A stretch of DNA of 63,760 bases, filler included, from Intoshia linei (taxonomy: Eukaryota > Animalia > Orthonectida), in assembly GCA_001642005.1 (NCBI GenBank). It is 5 parts of 5 records of this genome, joined end to end, with 100 filler letters (N's around TTAATTAATTAA, not from the genome) between each part and the next. Parts side by side here need not be neighbours in the genome. Positions count along the whole stretch, not along the records: positions 34,143 to 51,464 come from LWCA01000808.1; positions 51,565 to 56,192 come from LWCA01001927.1; positions 56,293 to 63,760 come from LWCA01001550.1; 2 more parts are not named here. One strand, 5' to 3'. A program made the position numbers and the translations under genes. The notes under the pieces were generated by a model. The model saw only the letters and a list, made by a program, of their open reading frames with translations, was not told the origin of the DNA and did no database searches. Positions 49,784 to 62,480 of the stretch are shown here, piece by piece. Every line of letters starts with the position of its first letter. The stretch's first letter is position 1.

Positions 49784-51464
49784 CAGGGTAGGCATGCATA
49801 AAATGTGTCTACCTCACATTTGCACTCATCTATAGAAAACGATACAAAATTTACACATTTTTTATATAAAAGATGTATTTTATTATAAATTATAATAAAT
49901 AAATTGTATTGAAAAGTACAATTTAAACTTAAAATGTATCAAATTCATTAAATTATGTTATTTTATTTATCAATTTATCACTCAATATTTATTACTCACA
50001 TTTTAAAGTATTATATTGCTATTTTAATCAGGTAATTTTCTAATGTACTTTATAAAATTGAACCTTTTAGAATATTATTTTTAATATACAATGGATAGCA
50101 TTGAACTTAAGATTTTTTTAAATTATCCTTTTAAGAATAGTTTCAAATAATTAGTAGCGGTAGACCAACACCAAACGTCGACATAATGCGATATAAAGGC
50201 GAAAAAATCGTAAGGACATTTCAAAATTCGTGGTACAATAAAAATGATTGGATCTTTGGTTGTAAAACAACAAATCGTTTGTATTGCTTTCCATGCTTAC
50301 TATTTTCTCACTTGAATGATAATGTGTGGGTAAAAAACGGATACTGTGACATGAGAAATATAGCTAAGGCAATATTTAAGCACGAAAGATCCAACATTCA
50401 TTATCAAAATCAAATATTGATAAAAACGTTTGGTTCTACTCGAATTGAGCTAATGCTAGATAAACAAAAAAAAATTTCAATTGATATCTAAAATACTAAG
50501 GTCAGAGAAAATTGAGAAATATTGAAAAAATTGATAGCTGCTACTTGTTTTCTAGTAAAACAAAACTGGTCTTTCGTGGAAATAATGAAAATAAGAATTC
50601 ATTAAATCGCGGTAATTACGTTGAATTAATCAAATATACCGCAAAATTTGATATCAAATTACAGGAAAATTTAAACAATTTATCTATATTTTCTGGGCTG
50701 TTTAATTATGTGCAAAATGATTTAATTGATGCCATTGGCAAAGTTGTAGAAAATAGTATTATAGAAGAGATTAAAAAAACACCATTCGTTGCAATTGAAG
50801 TCGATGAAGCCACCAATGTTAATAACGCAGCTTATTGTTCCACGATATTTAGATATTTGTTAGATGGAGAAATAAAAGAGACATTCATAGGTTTTGAAGA
50901 AATAGAAGACAGAACAGCCTCTAGTGTAGCACAGTATATATTTCATAATTTCGAAAAATACAATTGCAAAGATAAACTAGTGGCTCAAATGTATGATGGA
51001 TCAAGTGTAATGTCTTCTAGTTTAAATGGTGTACAAACTGAAGTAAAGAAAATTTCCCCATCAGCACTGTTTACACATTGCTACGCTCATAAATTAAATT
51101 TAGTTTTGTCTCAATCAATTAAAAATATGCCAGAATGTAAATCATTTTTTATGACGTGCGATGGTTTGTCTGCATTTTTTAGTCATTCTACAAAAAGAAC
51201 TCAATTACTTGATAAAATAGTTAAAAAACGTATTCCTAGGGCTGCTCCGACAAGATGGAGTTCTAAGTTCAAATTAGTTCAAACTATAATACATTATCAT
51301 TATGATCTTTGTCAGCTTTTCAGTTCTATTATTGATAATCATTTTAAGTAGAATTCTAATACTTCACTGGTGAGCCAAGGCTTTGTAAATTGGTTAATGA
51401 AAGATTCAATTTATTTTTTACTTGTTGTGTATAACGAAATTTTTGTTAAAACTGATACACTTTT
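49784..51464 (+). mobile_element. hAT transposon with disrupted ZMYM1-like transposase (TTF zinc finger + DUF4371), cut by gap
   Basis: RTFQNSWY...LYCFPCLLF...KHERSNIH; FRGNNE...NRGNYVEL; QNDLI; AIEVDEAT; MYDGSSVM; FTHCYAHKLNL; PTRWSS. Stop/frameshift at ~50490-50560 and stop at 51349-51351. Possible left end CAGGGTAGGC at 49784. Confidence 0.88.
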
Positions 51465-51564
51465 NNNNNNNNNNNNNNNNNNNNNNNNNNNNNNNNNNNN
51501 NNNNNNNNTTAATTAATTAANNNNNNNNNNNNNNNNNNNNNNNNNNNNNNNNNNNNNNNNNNNN
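51465..51564. other. Assembly gap linker
   Basis: N44-TTAATTAATTAA-N44. Confidence 0.97.
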
Positions 51565-54500
51565 TGTATATCATCATAATTTGATACGGTATATAATTCA
51601 TCAGTTGCATCCGTGTTCTTATTTTGATTATCATATCCTTCCATGGCATGTGATGCGGTACTACCATCTTTTATATTTGCTGGTCCTAAATTGTCAGATA
51701 CCATATTGTTTAAAGAATTCAATACATCTAATAATATACATTAATCTTACTTTTACATTAAGTTTACTTGAAAGGTCTGCTATTTAAATATAATAGAAAT
51801 TATAATTACGTAGTGTTTTTATTTTTTATTTTCACTTTGTAACAACGTTTTTGCAAATTATGATATTTTTTTGGAATTGTATTACATCTAATCAAATTAA
51901 GTACAAAAATTATTTTGTAAAGCGAAAAAACTTGTTACAAAGGGAAAAAACAAATATCAAAACACTGTGTGTACCTAAGATTACCATAACCTATAAATAG
52001 CAAATTCATTGAATAAAAAATAAAATTATCCAGCTTGAGGCCACCAGAAACTAAAAAATATTGCTAAACTAAAAGACCCGTTAAAATATTTACAAACGAT
52101 GCATAGTGTCATATATCCTTACCCACATCTCTATGGCTCTTGAATTAACAGTTTAATCCAGTGGTGGGCAAACTACGGCCCGCTAAATCATGCTTCATAC
52201 TTATGTTTACATTGTAAATTTTACAACGGGTCACATTCCATTTAGATAATTATCCCTTTCACTGTCTGATGCAATTTTATGTACTATCACCACACGTCAT
52301 GAATTTATGTTTTAATTTAAACTTGTATTATTTTTAAATTACCTATATGAAAATGTATGAAATTAAAAGAATAAAGTTTTTCAAAATTATGCTGTGTATA
52401 TCAGAATACACATCCGTGTGAAGTAAAATTGCTGTGCATAGTATAAAATACACAAACAGTGAAAGGGTTAATCGTCTATTATTGTGCATTAGATTAAATT
52501 TTACTAATCTTTATTTTTTTTAAATAATATTCTAACTTATATAATATGCTACGCAATTTTTGTTTGTGTGTGTGTGTGTCACACATAGACATGTGTGTGA
52601 CTTTATTGAAATAACTACCAGTATTAGAATTTTTTCAAGATAACATTGTAATTACAATTTTTTATGGGACGTATAAAACGATAAATGTCAACCTTTTAAT
52701 TTCACATTTTACGGGTCAAAAACCACAAATTACACTTCTTTTTTTAATGAAAACAGCCCTAGAATTTTAAAAAATTTACAGCTAGTACAGTTGTATCCTG
52801 TTAACACACATAAAAAATTTCAATCAGAATAAGTGACGACTTTACGGTAAAAAAAGCATTTTAGTATTCATATATTGTTTTTTAGAAATATTTTATTAAA
52901 ACAAAAAATGTAAAATAATTAACGGTCCGAAAATTAAAAAAAATATTATTCTGATAGAGCTTATTCCAGTTGATATAAATACAAAATTTCAACCCCAAAA
53001 ATCTACGCATTCCCGGTGAAAANGTTGATATAAATACAAAATTTCAACCCCAAAAATCTACGCATTCCCGGTGAAAAATAATTTTTAATATATTATCAAC
53101 CAATATTTTTAAAATATTTCGATTAAAATCAAAAATGTAAATATTAATCCTACAATTTCGAAAAAAATGTAAATTGTACGTCTAAAGACATATCGGTGAA
53201 AATCTATATAATTCATTGCTGACAATTACAGTTAAGACATATTAATTACAAACAGATATATTAGTATAGTTAAAATTAAAACAGTTATGACAATTTATAG
53301 GATTGGAATGTTTTTACTTTATTTTTATTATTATACACACATTCTGTCTAATAAATTATAAAAATAAGATAATTGTTTTTAAAATTTTTTACGCAAATGT
53401 TAACAAACAACAAATTGAGATGGAATAATTAGCTTTAAAATAAAAAGTAATGTGATATAATGGTTCTACCTGAAACAAGTTTGAGAATCACTCCTTTAAA
53501 GGATTGATAATACTAAATAGTATGATTTTTAAGTTTGATATTTGTTTTTATTTATTTATTATTATAGAGTTAAACGTGATTTTATTTTTTTGTTAGAATA
53601 AAAATGGGCCCTCGGCAGAGCTAGGTGTTGTTTGTACGTAGTACATAACAGTCAACGTAGATATGTATATGACGAGTAAGATGTTAAATAGCTTAAAGTA
53701 AAAGATTTTTTATTTTATTTATAGAATCTGGTTTGTAAAACGATCTTAATTATTTTAATTTTACTGGTATATGTATTAAAATGAATGCAGTATGTATTTG
53801 ATTGTTAAGCTAAACAAAGTTATTAAAATGAAACTAAATGAAAACTATGTCGTGGATTTTAATATCATAAATATTGATTTTTTATTACAAACTAATATAT
53901 TTTATATAATGTATTTAATTTGTATTACATAATAAATTTAAAACTACAGTAAATATATGGGAATTGTTCAAGTAACAATTGTAAGTCATTTAAAATAAAA
54001 TGTAGTATTAACAATAGAGTAGACATTATATATACAATGTATTAAAAATTTATACTAATATTATCTTTTAATTATTATCATTATTGACCGGCAATATTTT
54101 TTTCTTGAGTATATTATTGTATGTTAAAAATTAGTTAAAAAATAATCTAAAAAGACAATTCAATTTACAAATTTCATTTACCAGATTGGTTAATATTAAA
54201 AATAATGATATTTTTCGATACATCTAAACTCTGATACTTCCAAGAAATAAAATATAGTAAAAAATAGTAGTTAAACTGCTACTTTTATCTATTTTTTTTC
54301 TGAAATTATTATTAAATTCCATATTTTAATTAAAATTTTAATTTGTTGTAGGTATTTTATTTATTTATTTTCTTATTCATAAACTACATTAATTATTAAA
54401 AGTGTGGTATTAACATTGAATTATACATAATATTTATTAAATTTCAAATTTATATTAAAATTTAAATAAAATAAAATAAAATTACTTCGCTTTTTCAAAC

Positions 54501-54573
54501 TCAGTCGTAATCTTGAAGTTTGGGAAATTCGACAAAACACAAAAATCAATACTACAAATATTTCCAGCTTCAT
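51565..54573 (-). CDS. Pepsin-family (A1, cathepsin D-like) aspartic protease, 5' partial (signal peptide and prosegment)
   Basis: Phase-compatible exons 54486-54573 (MKLEIFVVLIFVFCRISQTSRLRLSLKKR), 54182-54223 and 51565-51727 (...DELYTVSNYDDI[Q]). RLSLKK matches the A1 propeptide RIPLxK, and SNYDDIQ matches LxNYxDxQY. The catalytic DTG motifs are not in view. Confidence 0.55.
52254..52467. mobile_element. piggyBac-type MITE (related left end at 24121)
   Basis: TIR CCCTTTCACTGT(C/T)TG at both ends; flanks TTAT / TTAA. Confidence 0.75.
52531..53660 (+). mobile_element. Near-full-length non-autonomous Helitron (~1.1 kb)
   Basis: TCTAACTTATATAATATGC..(TG)n start; 3' hairpin TGTTTGTACGTAGTACATAACA followed by GTCAACGTAG (CTAG mutated). 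Confidence 0.8.
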
Positions 54574-54939
54574 AATTAACACAATGATATAATTTAAGAC
54601 AAACTTTTCTTATATATAGTCACTTTTATCGCTTCATTGAATGTATATAGAGACAATGCATATATTGAAAAACCCTATTTGTTGTTAGAAATAATGTTTA
54701 CATTAATGAACCTAATATTGTTTCACATAATAGAATATTCAGTTTATTGAATTACATAATAATTTTTATTGTAAATATAGGTAAATTGTAAAAGTCTATA
54801 AATTTTAACAATAGATTCACTTTATCTAGACATTTACTCTGTTATTTTTTATTATTTTTTTTAACATTAATTAGTGTTTATTATATTAATAAAATCAGTA
54901 GTAACTTTCTGAAAACTCTTATATAATATAATTGTACAA

Positions 54940-55290
54940 TCTTGACTGATATATACTACGTACAAACAGTACCTAGCTCTGCCGAGGGAACATTTTTATT
55001 ATATTTTATACATTTTACATTTATACATTTTATATATTAAAAAAATAAATTCATGTTTAAAATCTAACTTAAAAATCCTACTATTCACTATCATATCTCC
55101 TTTAAAGAAGTAGTTCTCAAATTTTTTTTCAGGTGGAACTATCATATCACCTTACTTTTTACTTTAAAGTGAATTATTCCATTTTAATTTTTTGTTTGTT
55201 AACATTTGCGTAAAAAATTTTAAAAACAATTGTTATCCCACTTTTTTAATTTATTAGACAAAATGTGTATAATATTAAAAATAAAGTGTT
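54940..55290 (-). mobile_element. Helitron, 3' part
   Basis: CTTGACTGATATATACTACGTACAAACAGTACCTAGCTCTGCCGAGGG plus the family internal block. Confidence 0.7.
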
Positions 55291-56192
55291 AAAATTAAAT
55301 ATAAAATATTGACTATAATTATCTATGGTATTTATGATTACTTATTTTTAAATGTCAAAAATAAATTAAGTTAATGATGGGTACTTATGGACACACTAAT
55401 TTAGCATGAATATTTTATAATGTGTACCAAAGGTTTCCTGATCTTGAACTTTATATATAAATATAATCCCTAGTGCATAACTAGATATAATTAATATAGT
55501 AATAATACACTTTTTTTAGAAAACATTGATAAACAATATCAATATCATTGAATCAACTTTTTAATGTCTTTTTATCACATTTTTGTGAATTAATGTCGTT
55601 ATTTTGGTCTATTATGGTGATGCCCTGCTTTTTTTGTAGCGGGGTCACCTTCCAAAAAAAAATGAGTAGAATAATTTTAATTTATTGTCTACAAAATCAC
55701 TCAAAGTTTAATTCAATTAGATTAAGTTAAATAAAATTAAATTTACAATCTTAACTTATCAAATCTTTGTTTGACTATCTGTCTATTATTGTTTATTTCA
55801 ATAACTAAAAGTCTTAAAATTTCAAAAATGCCAAATTTTATTAAAATGTTTTGCGGATGAAAGATAAATTTTAATGTCAGAAATTAAGTCCTTCCAAGTC
55901 AAAAATCCCAATTGTTAAATAAGTACTAATAATCAAACAAGCGGACTATTATACATTATATTGATAAAATATGAAAAATTGTTTTAGAAATGCTTAAATA
56001 TTATAATATAGTATTGAATGTTGATAAATGCGACTTGGCTAAGAACAGCATAAAAATATTAAGTCGAGTGTTAGATAAACATGAAGTAATAATTGATACT
56101 GACAAAATATTTCCTCTGTTAAGTTTACTTAAATTTACTTATTCTAAATTCATAAGGAATTTTTCTATATTATGTGTTCCTTTATTTAACTT

Positions 56193-56292
56193 NNNNNNNN
56201 NNNNNNNNNNNNNNNNNNNNNNNNNNNNNNNNNNNNTTAATTAATTAANNNNNNNNNNNNNNNNNNNNNNNNNNNNNNNNNNNNNNNNNNNN
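56193..56292. other. Assembly gap linker
   Basis: N44-TTAATTAATTAA-N44. Confidence 0.97.
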
Positions 56293-57136
56293 TCCCCCTA
56301 AGAACATAATTCACACATATTTTTTTAAATCGCCCCTTCCATAATTCAAAATAAAAATAACATTTTTAGATTGATAAAAATTATTATAGTGAGTGTTTTA
56401 AATTACCTGTTAGAAACAAGTTGTTACTTTAACTCAAATTTTTAAACAATCGCCCATATAATTAATAATTATCTTAAAAAAATTGTCATACTTATAAATG
56501 TTATTTTAGCTATGAAATTTAAGAAAATGAATTTAATATTTTAATCAAATAACTAAGAATAATTTTTGACTTAAAATAAATTGTATTAGATTATGTATTT
56601 TGTTAAATAAAATAAAAAAATCGCCCCAAGGGGCGATTCGGCCACTATTGAGAAGCGTTTATATAGCTATATAAAATACATGTACATAAAATTAAAAGCA
56701 TATATAAACTACGTTGAATAAAAGCAAGTAAAGTGGCATAAATATAAAATAACATAATAATAATATAATAATTAAAAATTAAATTTACCTTTTTTATATT
56801 TAAACAACTCAATTACGATAAATGTAATTTAAATAATACTAATAATTTTAGATTGTGATTTTTAAACATTAAAATAAAATTAAATCGTTATATTTTAATT
56901 GTGGCACATGTGCTAAGAATTCAGATAAGTGAAAAAATAATAAAATTTTTGTATAATTAAAGTTGCTTTTTCTAGTTTTATCACGCAATTTCTGTTGAAT
57001 CATTATTTAAAGGATTTTATGAGTCACCCAATATATAAGTTATTATTAATTCATTTTCATTTATCTAATAAATCTGAATAATTTTTGCATATTTTCGCTA
57101 TGATTGTACATAATATTCTGTATAATTATAAACTTA

Positions 57137-57822
57137 CTAGGTTGACTGTTATGTACTACGTACAAAGAGCACCTAGCTCTGCCGAGGGCACATTTTTTTC
57201 TACAAAAAAATAAATTCACGTATAAAATCTAACTTAAAAATCCAACTATACACTATTATCAATACTTTAAAGGAGTGGTTCCCAAATTTGTTTCAAGTGG
57301 AATCGTCATATCACATTACTTTTTACTTTAAAGTGAATTATTCCATCTTAATTTTTTTTTTAACACATTTGTGTAAAAGAAATAAAAACAATTATTATCC
57401 CATTTTTTTAATTTATTAGATAGAATGTGTGTATAATATTAAAAATATAGTAGAATCAGTCCAATCCAATGTTAGGGCTGTTTTCATTAAATAAAAGGGG
57501 TAATTTGTAGTTTTGCCCCTGAAGATATATTTTTTTTACATTTAAATTTATGATAATATTTATGTTTTAAAATTCGTATTAAAGTGTATATTTTTTTAAA
57601 CTCTCGAACTTGTTTAATTTTTAAAAAAAGGACTATTGGGATTTTTGACCCGTGAGATGTGAGTTTGAGAGGTTGAAATTTATTTTGCTAACACCCTGGG
57701 AAAAACTGTAATAGAAATGTAGGCTATATAAAATTATAAGACTAATAGTTATTGAAATAAACGATAACACACGCATATACAAACAAAGCATATTACATTA
57801 AATATTTTTGTATATAAGTAAA
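57137..57822 (-). mobile_element. Non-autonomous Helitron (~690 bp, internal deletion derivative)
   Basis: A|CTAGGTTGACTGTTATGTACTACGTACAAAGAGCAC 3' end; 5' module ending ..TATATAAGTA. Confidence 0.78.
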
Positions 57823-60719
57823 ATTAATCTGTACATTTCATAAATTCAATGTTAATATTTATTTTTTAGTAAGTAATTATTTAGGTTAAATTGAATTGTA
57901 TTGTACAGTTTCATAATACAATTAAAATAGTCAGTAATTGAATCATAAATGCATTCCAAAATAACACAATTTTTAATAATTACGCAACTTTTAACTTTTA
58001 TTTTAAAAATAATTCAATTATAGTTGGTATATTTATATTATTAAAAAATGTATTGTTTATTTATTAGTGTAGCTTGTTTAACAGTTTTTATGGACATACA
58101 CATATATACTATTATAAATGCATATAACGTATAAAAACAATCCGTTCAAATCAAATATTTCCGCACTCTAAATAAATATTTGACAAAAATTTGACGGAAA
58201 TACATATAATTTAATTGATTGAAATACATATTTAACATGTAACATTTATTTAAAGTTATTTAATCTCAGACATTCTATGAGAGCGTATAAATTTACGTAG
58301 ACTATACATGTATTGTGTTTCTTTAATATATATATATATTTACATATTTTGTATATTGCATATACGATGCATTTCTATATATATTTTCACGTTTTAGATA
58401 GTAATATTTTCAAATATATCACAATAATTAGATTATAATCAAACCACAAGTACAATAATATAATTATAGGAAAGTCAGGTTTAAATGTTAGCATGTTATA
58501 TTCCACATCTGGTATACATTTTCTTATTGTTCAAATTGGTGTATCGATCGAATTGGATGCGTTTGTTCAGAATGTGAGCTACCATAAGCAGGGAATAAAA
58601 AATGAATACTAAAGTGCTTTTTTGATCGTGAAGAAACCACTTTGTCAGATTGAAATTTTTTGTGTGTGTTAACTAGATATAACTGTATTAACTGTATATT
58701 TGTTAAAATAAGAGTAATCTGGAGTTTTTATCGTGAATTTTTTAGATTTGGGATTTATGACAATATTTTTGATTTAAAAACCTATACCACAATTTATGTT
58801 GCATAAAATTCTAGGAATTTTTGTATTTGTGGTTTTAGCTGTGAAAATATAAGATTTGAAATTGAAATTTATCATAATTTTGATGATTTTCAATCTTTAT
58901 TACATGGTGTATTTTATAGAATTACATATAATTTGGATAATTGGAATTTTGACCTTAAAGGACACAATTTCTGAAAATGAAATTTGCACCACCACCCTCG
59001 AAAAACACTATTAGAAATGGTTATTCTTATACTCTACGCATATTCCATTTTTAAATAAACTGGAACAACAGCAAAAATCAATCAAAATTACTTTAAATTA
59101 TTATTTTTTTATCTAAATTACTTTATATAAATAAGGATCATTAATCAGTGTCTCATTAATATTACCACATTTTCCACATACAAACATTCAAACGAGTAAA
59201 TTAATATAATAATAATTAACGTACTTAATTTTAGACCGTAATTGTTACATTGATTAATTTATTTAAAAAAATATATTTTTAAGTCACAAAAATCTTTATA
59301 TCAATAAAATGCATGTACTTAAAAATATATTTCAATATGAATTTAATCACAAAATTTAATTTCATTTAATAATTTTTGTACTATTAAATTGTTAAAAATT
59401 TGAAAATCATACATTTTTAACCCAAAATATGTCAAAATTGAAATAAAATAAAGTAATAATAATATTATTATATAAACAGTATTCTCAATTTTTTGTATAT
59501 TGAAGAGCACTTGGAAGCAATTCAATAATGTTGGCGCACAAGTAAAAAAAATATAAAAATTTAAAAAATTTGCTGAGCTGGTTGGAGAAACACTGATCAA
59601 CAATACTGTCTACATCAAAAAAATTTAAAATCCTGATTGATAATTTACTTTTCATTAATGTTAATTATTAATAATTTGCCCATCGTTAAAATGGAATTTT
59701 ACGAAAATGTAATGAATCATTTAGTGGTGATAGTTTGATCAACTCACCATAATATATATTATATAATACATCGTAATTTGGATGTATAGATAGTAATAAT
59801 TATCTTATTTACAATTTTTTGTTTACAATGTCTAAAATATTTATAATTTTAGTATCTTACGGTAATTTTCAGCCACATAGCCAATCTTCACATCACCACA
59901 TTACTCACTTCTACTATCTCAAAAATTAGAAATTTTGCAAATACATTGTATGTTTAAATATTAAATGATATATTTAAATTTTTTTTAAATATGCTTATTT
60001 TAATCACAGATTTCGAGAATAATCATGTTTGCAAAGGATAAAGGGTAATGTGTCGGTAACTAATGGGTTAATTAACGCTTTTTTACAAAAGAAATAATTT
60101 GATATTTTAAACATACAAATAATAACACTTACAAATAATGTATATTATAATTCATTTAGAAAGTATTTTATAATATATAATAAATTGTATATAATACTTT
60201 TGAATTTAAAAAAAAATTTCCAAAAAATAATTATATTTTTACAACTTTATTAGTTTTATTATCATTATAATTAACTATTTTTGGTTAAAATTTAAATGAA
60301 TAATAAAAATAATACGTTATTATTATTAGTTGGTATTATTACTTATATTTCCAATTTTAACTATCTTATATTGGTGTTTATAAATGTCATTAACCATTTT
60401 AAAAAAATTAAGGGTGTCTCGTTAATTAAAATATGTAAACCTACTCTTAAATTTTACCCATTTATTACATGTATTCGAGATTTTAGTTATTATTAATGAA
60501 ATGAATTTTAGCCAGTAAGTTGATTTTAAATAAATATTATCTCATAACATTACTCACATTTTTTATTCACATTAGTATGTGATAATTATAATAGTTGGAC
60601 TTCAAATTATGATTTATCATTTTTAATAGTTATTGCATTAATAATTTGACAAGCATTATTAAAATTGTATATTAGTTGGTAAAATTACATTATATTTATT
60701 AATACGAAATATATAAAAA

Positions 60720-61100
60720 ATATTGATTGATAATATATGAAAAATTATTTTTCACTTGGAATGCGTAGATTTCTAAGGTTGAAATTTTTTATATATAAAA
60801 TATATCAACTGAAATAAGCTCTATCAGAATAATGTTTTTTTAATTTTCGGACAGTTAATTATTTCACATTTTTTGTTTTAATAAAATAATTCGGAAAAAA
60901 AATATATAAATACTAAAATGCTTTTTTAACCTTAAAGTCGTAATTTATTCAAATTGAAATTTTTTGTGAGTGTTAACAGTATACAACTGTACCACATGTA
61001 AATTTTTTTAAATTCTAGGGCTGTTTTCATTTAAAAAAAAGGGTAATTTGTAGTTTTGGCCCTGAAGATATAATTTTTTTAATTTAAATTTATGATAATT
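60720..61100 (-). mobile_element. Helitron internal fragment
   Basis: Reverse complement of the 48880-49260 / 52720-53100 segment. Confidence 0.65.
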
Positions 61101-62194
61101 ATAAGCTTTTTATATATCAGCTGGTAATTATTTTGTTATTTATTAGTTTATTTAATTATTTAAAAATTTTTAAATTAGGATGTAAATATGTTACTATATT
61201 GCAGTAAATTTAGTTTCTAAAGACAGATTTTTTCAGAATTTTAAAATTTTTGGTTAATTTTATGATATTAACCAACTTTTTATTAAACCTTGGACAAAGG
61301 CAAAATATTATAAACAAAAATACACTATTTAGGAATTAACAGCAGGCTTTTTATTAATACTAAATTTTTTAAAATCGTGTTCCACAAGTATCATGAAGTA
61401 TCGTATTGGAAGCTGTCTGCTTAATCTTAACATTCTTAACTTTTTATGTACATATGTATATAATTCATTTTTAATGATAAAATGTGATAATAATGAATTT
61501 AGCTGGTGAAACATTAAAAAATCATTATATTTATACTTATTTATTAAATTGATAATAAATGTATGTTTATTAATTTCAATAAATTACAGATATTCTTGAT
61601 TAATAGATTTCTGCGTTTGGGATTTTAATAAATAAACATTTTCAAAAAAAAAGATATTTTTTAGAAAATTTATGAAACAGCAAGTTAAAAATCAATATTA
61701 AAAATTGACTACATTGTACAAATTAATTTGATAATTGTCAAAGCTTACTATTTGACCGTAAAGCACAGTTTCATTTTAAACTTTTTTACAGATTCTTACC
61801 CATTAAATGGACAATAATATTAAAATCAAAATTAACTCTTTTCTTTTTAATTTGCAGTCAAATTTTTATAATTTTTTTAATTTTACTTTGGATTATTTTT
61901 TTTTCTATTAGTATTATTACAATTGTACATTGTAATTATATTCTGCCATAATTTGTTGTTTTATAAGTCTTTTTGAAATATGGTTTAACATTTTTTTATT
62001 AAATTTTTTAAATTTATAGTTGGTAATATATTGTTTACTACAATCTTATATTTTATAATATAATTAATATTAAGTGTATGGAATATAACCAGCACTAAAT
62101 TATAGTGGTTAAAATCTGTGAAATCATAGCGACTAGTGGTCACCGACCATTATATACGGGTTCTAATATATTCTAATTTATAAGTTATTTAAAT

Positions 62195-62480
62195 CAGGGT
62201 GGTTCAAAGCGTGACTTGCGGGCCGCATACGGCCTATCAAATTAAAAATTGAACATCAAATCCGAAAAATTGTTTAATAATATATTTTGTAAAACAGGTA
62301 AATAATAAAACATTTTAATAAAACTTTAATAAATATTTGTGACATGTAAATAAGCAGTGGAAAAGCAAAAATACTTTTTAAATTGGAGTAAGAGAAAAAA
62401 ATTAATAAGGAAGGAATGATGAAATAATTGTGTAGAATTTATTTTTTGGTCCTCAGTCTCAATATGCTTGGACCGCCGTG
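62195..62480. mobile_element. hAT (Buster-type) MITE, family C
   Basis: Ends CAGGGTGGTTCAA / TTGGACCGCCGTG; perfect 8-bp TSD ATTTAAAT (62187-62194, 62481-62488). Confidence 0.75.

Noticed and set aside
52969-53077. Exact ~54-bp direct repeat flanking a single N at 53023
   Set aside because: Typical unmerged contig-overlap artefact, not a biological duplication.
29343-56292. Four identical palindromic TTAATTAATTAA motifs inside N runs
   Set aside because: Artificial six-frame-stop contig linkers. Adjacency across them should not be over-interpreted.
3171-57190. Recurring ~50-nt palindromic motif considered as a CRISPR-like repeat or ncRNA family
   Set aside because: Copies are dispersed, unevenly spaced, on both strands and embedded in longer homologous blocks. 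They are Helitron 3' termini.
58480-61520. Exon-like higher-GC patches at ~58490-58590, 59490-59620, 59850-59930 and 61330-61440
   Set aside because: I could not assemble a consistent strand or phase, or recognise a protein. A gene may exist, but it is unsupported here.
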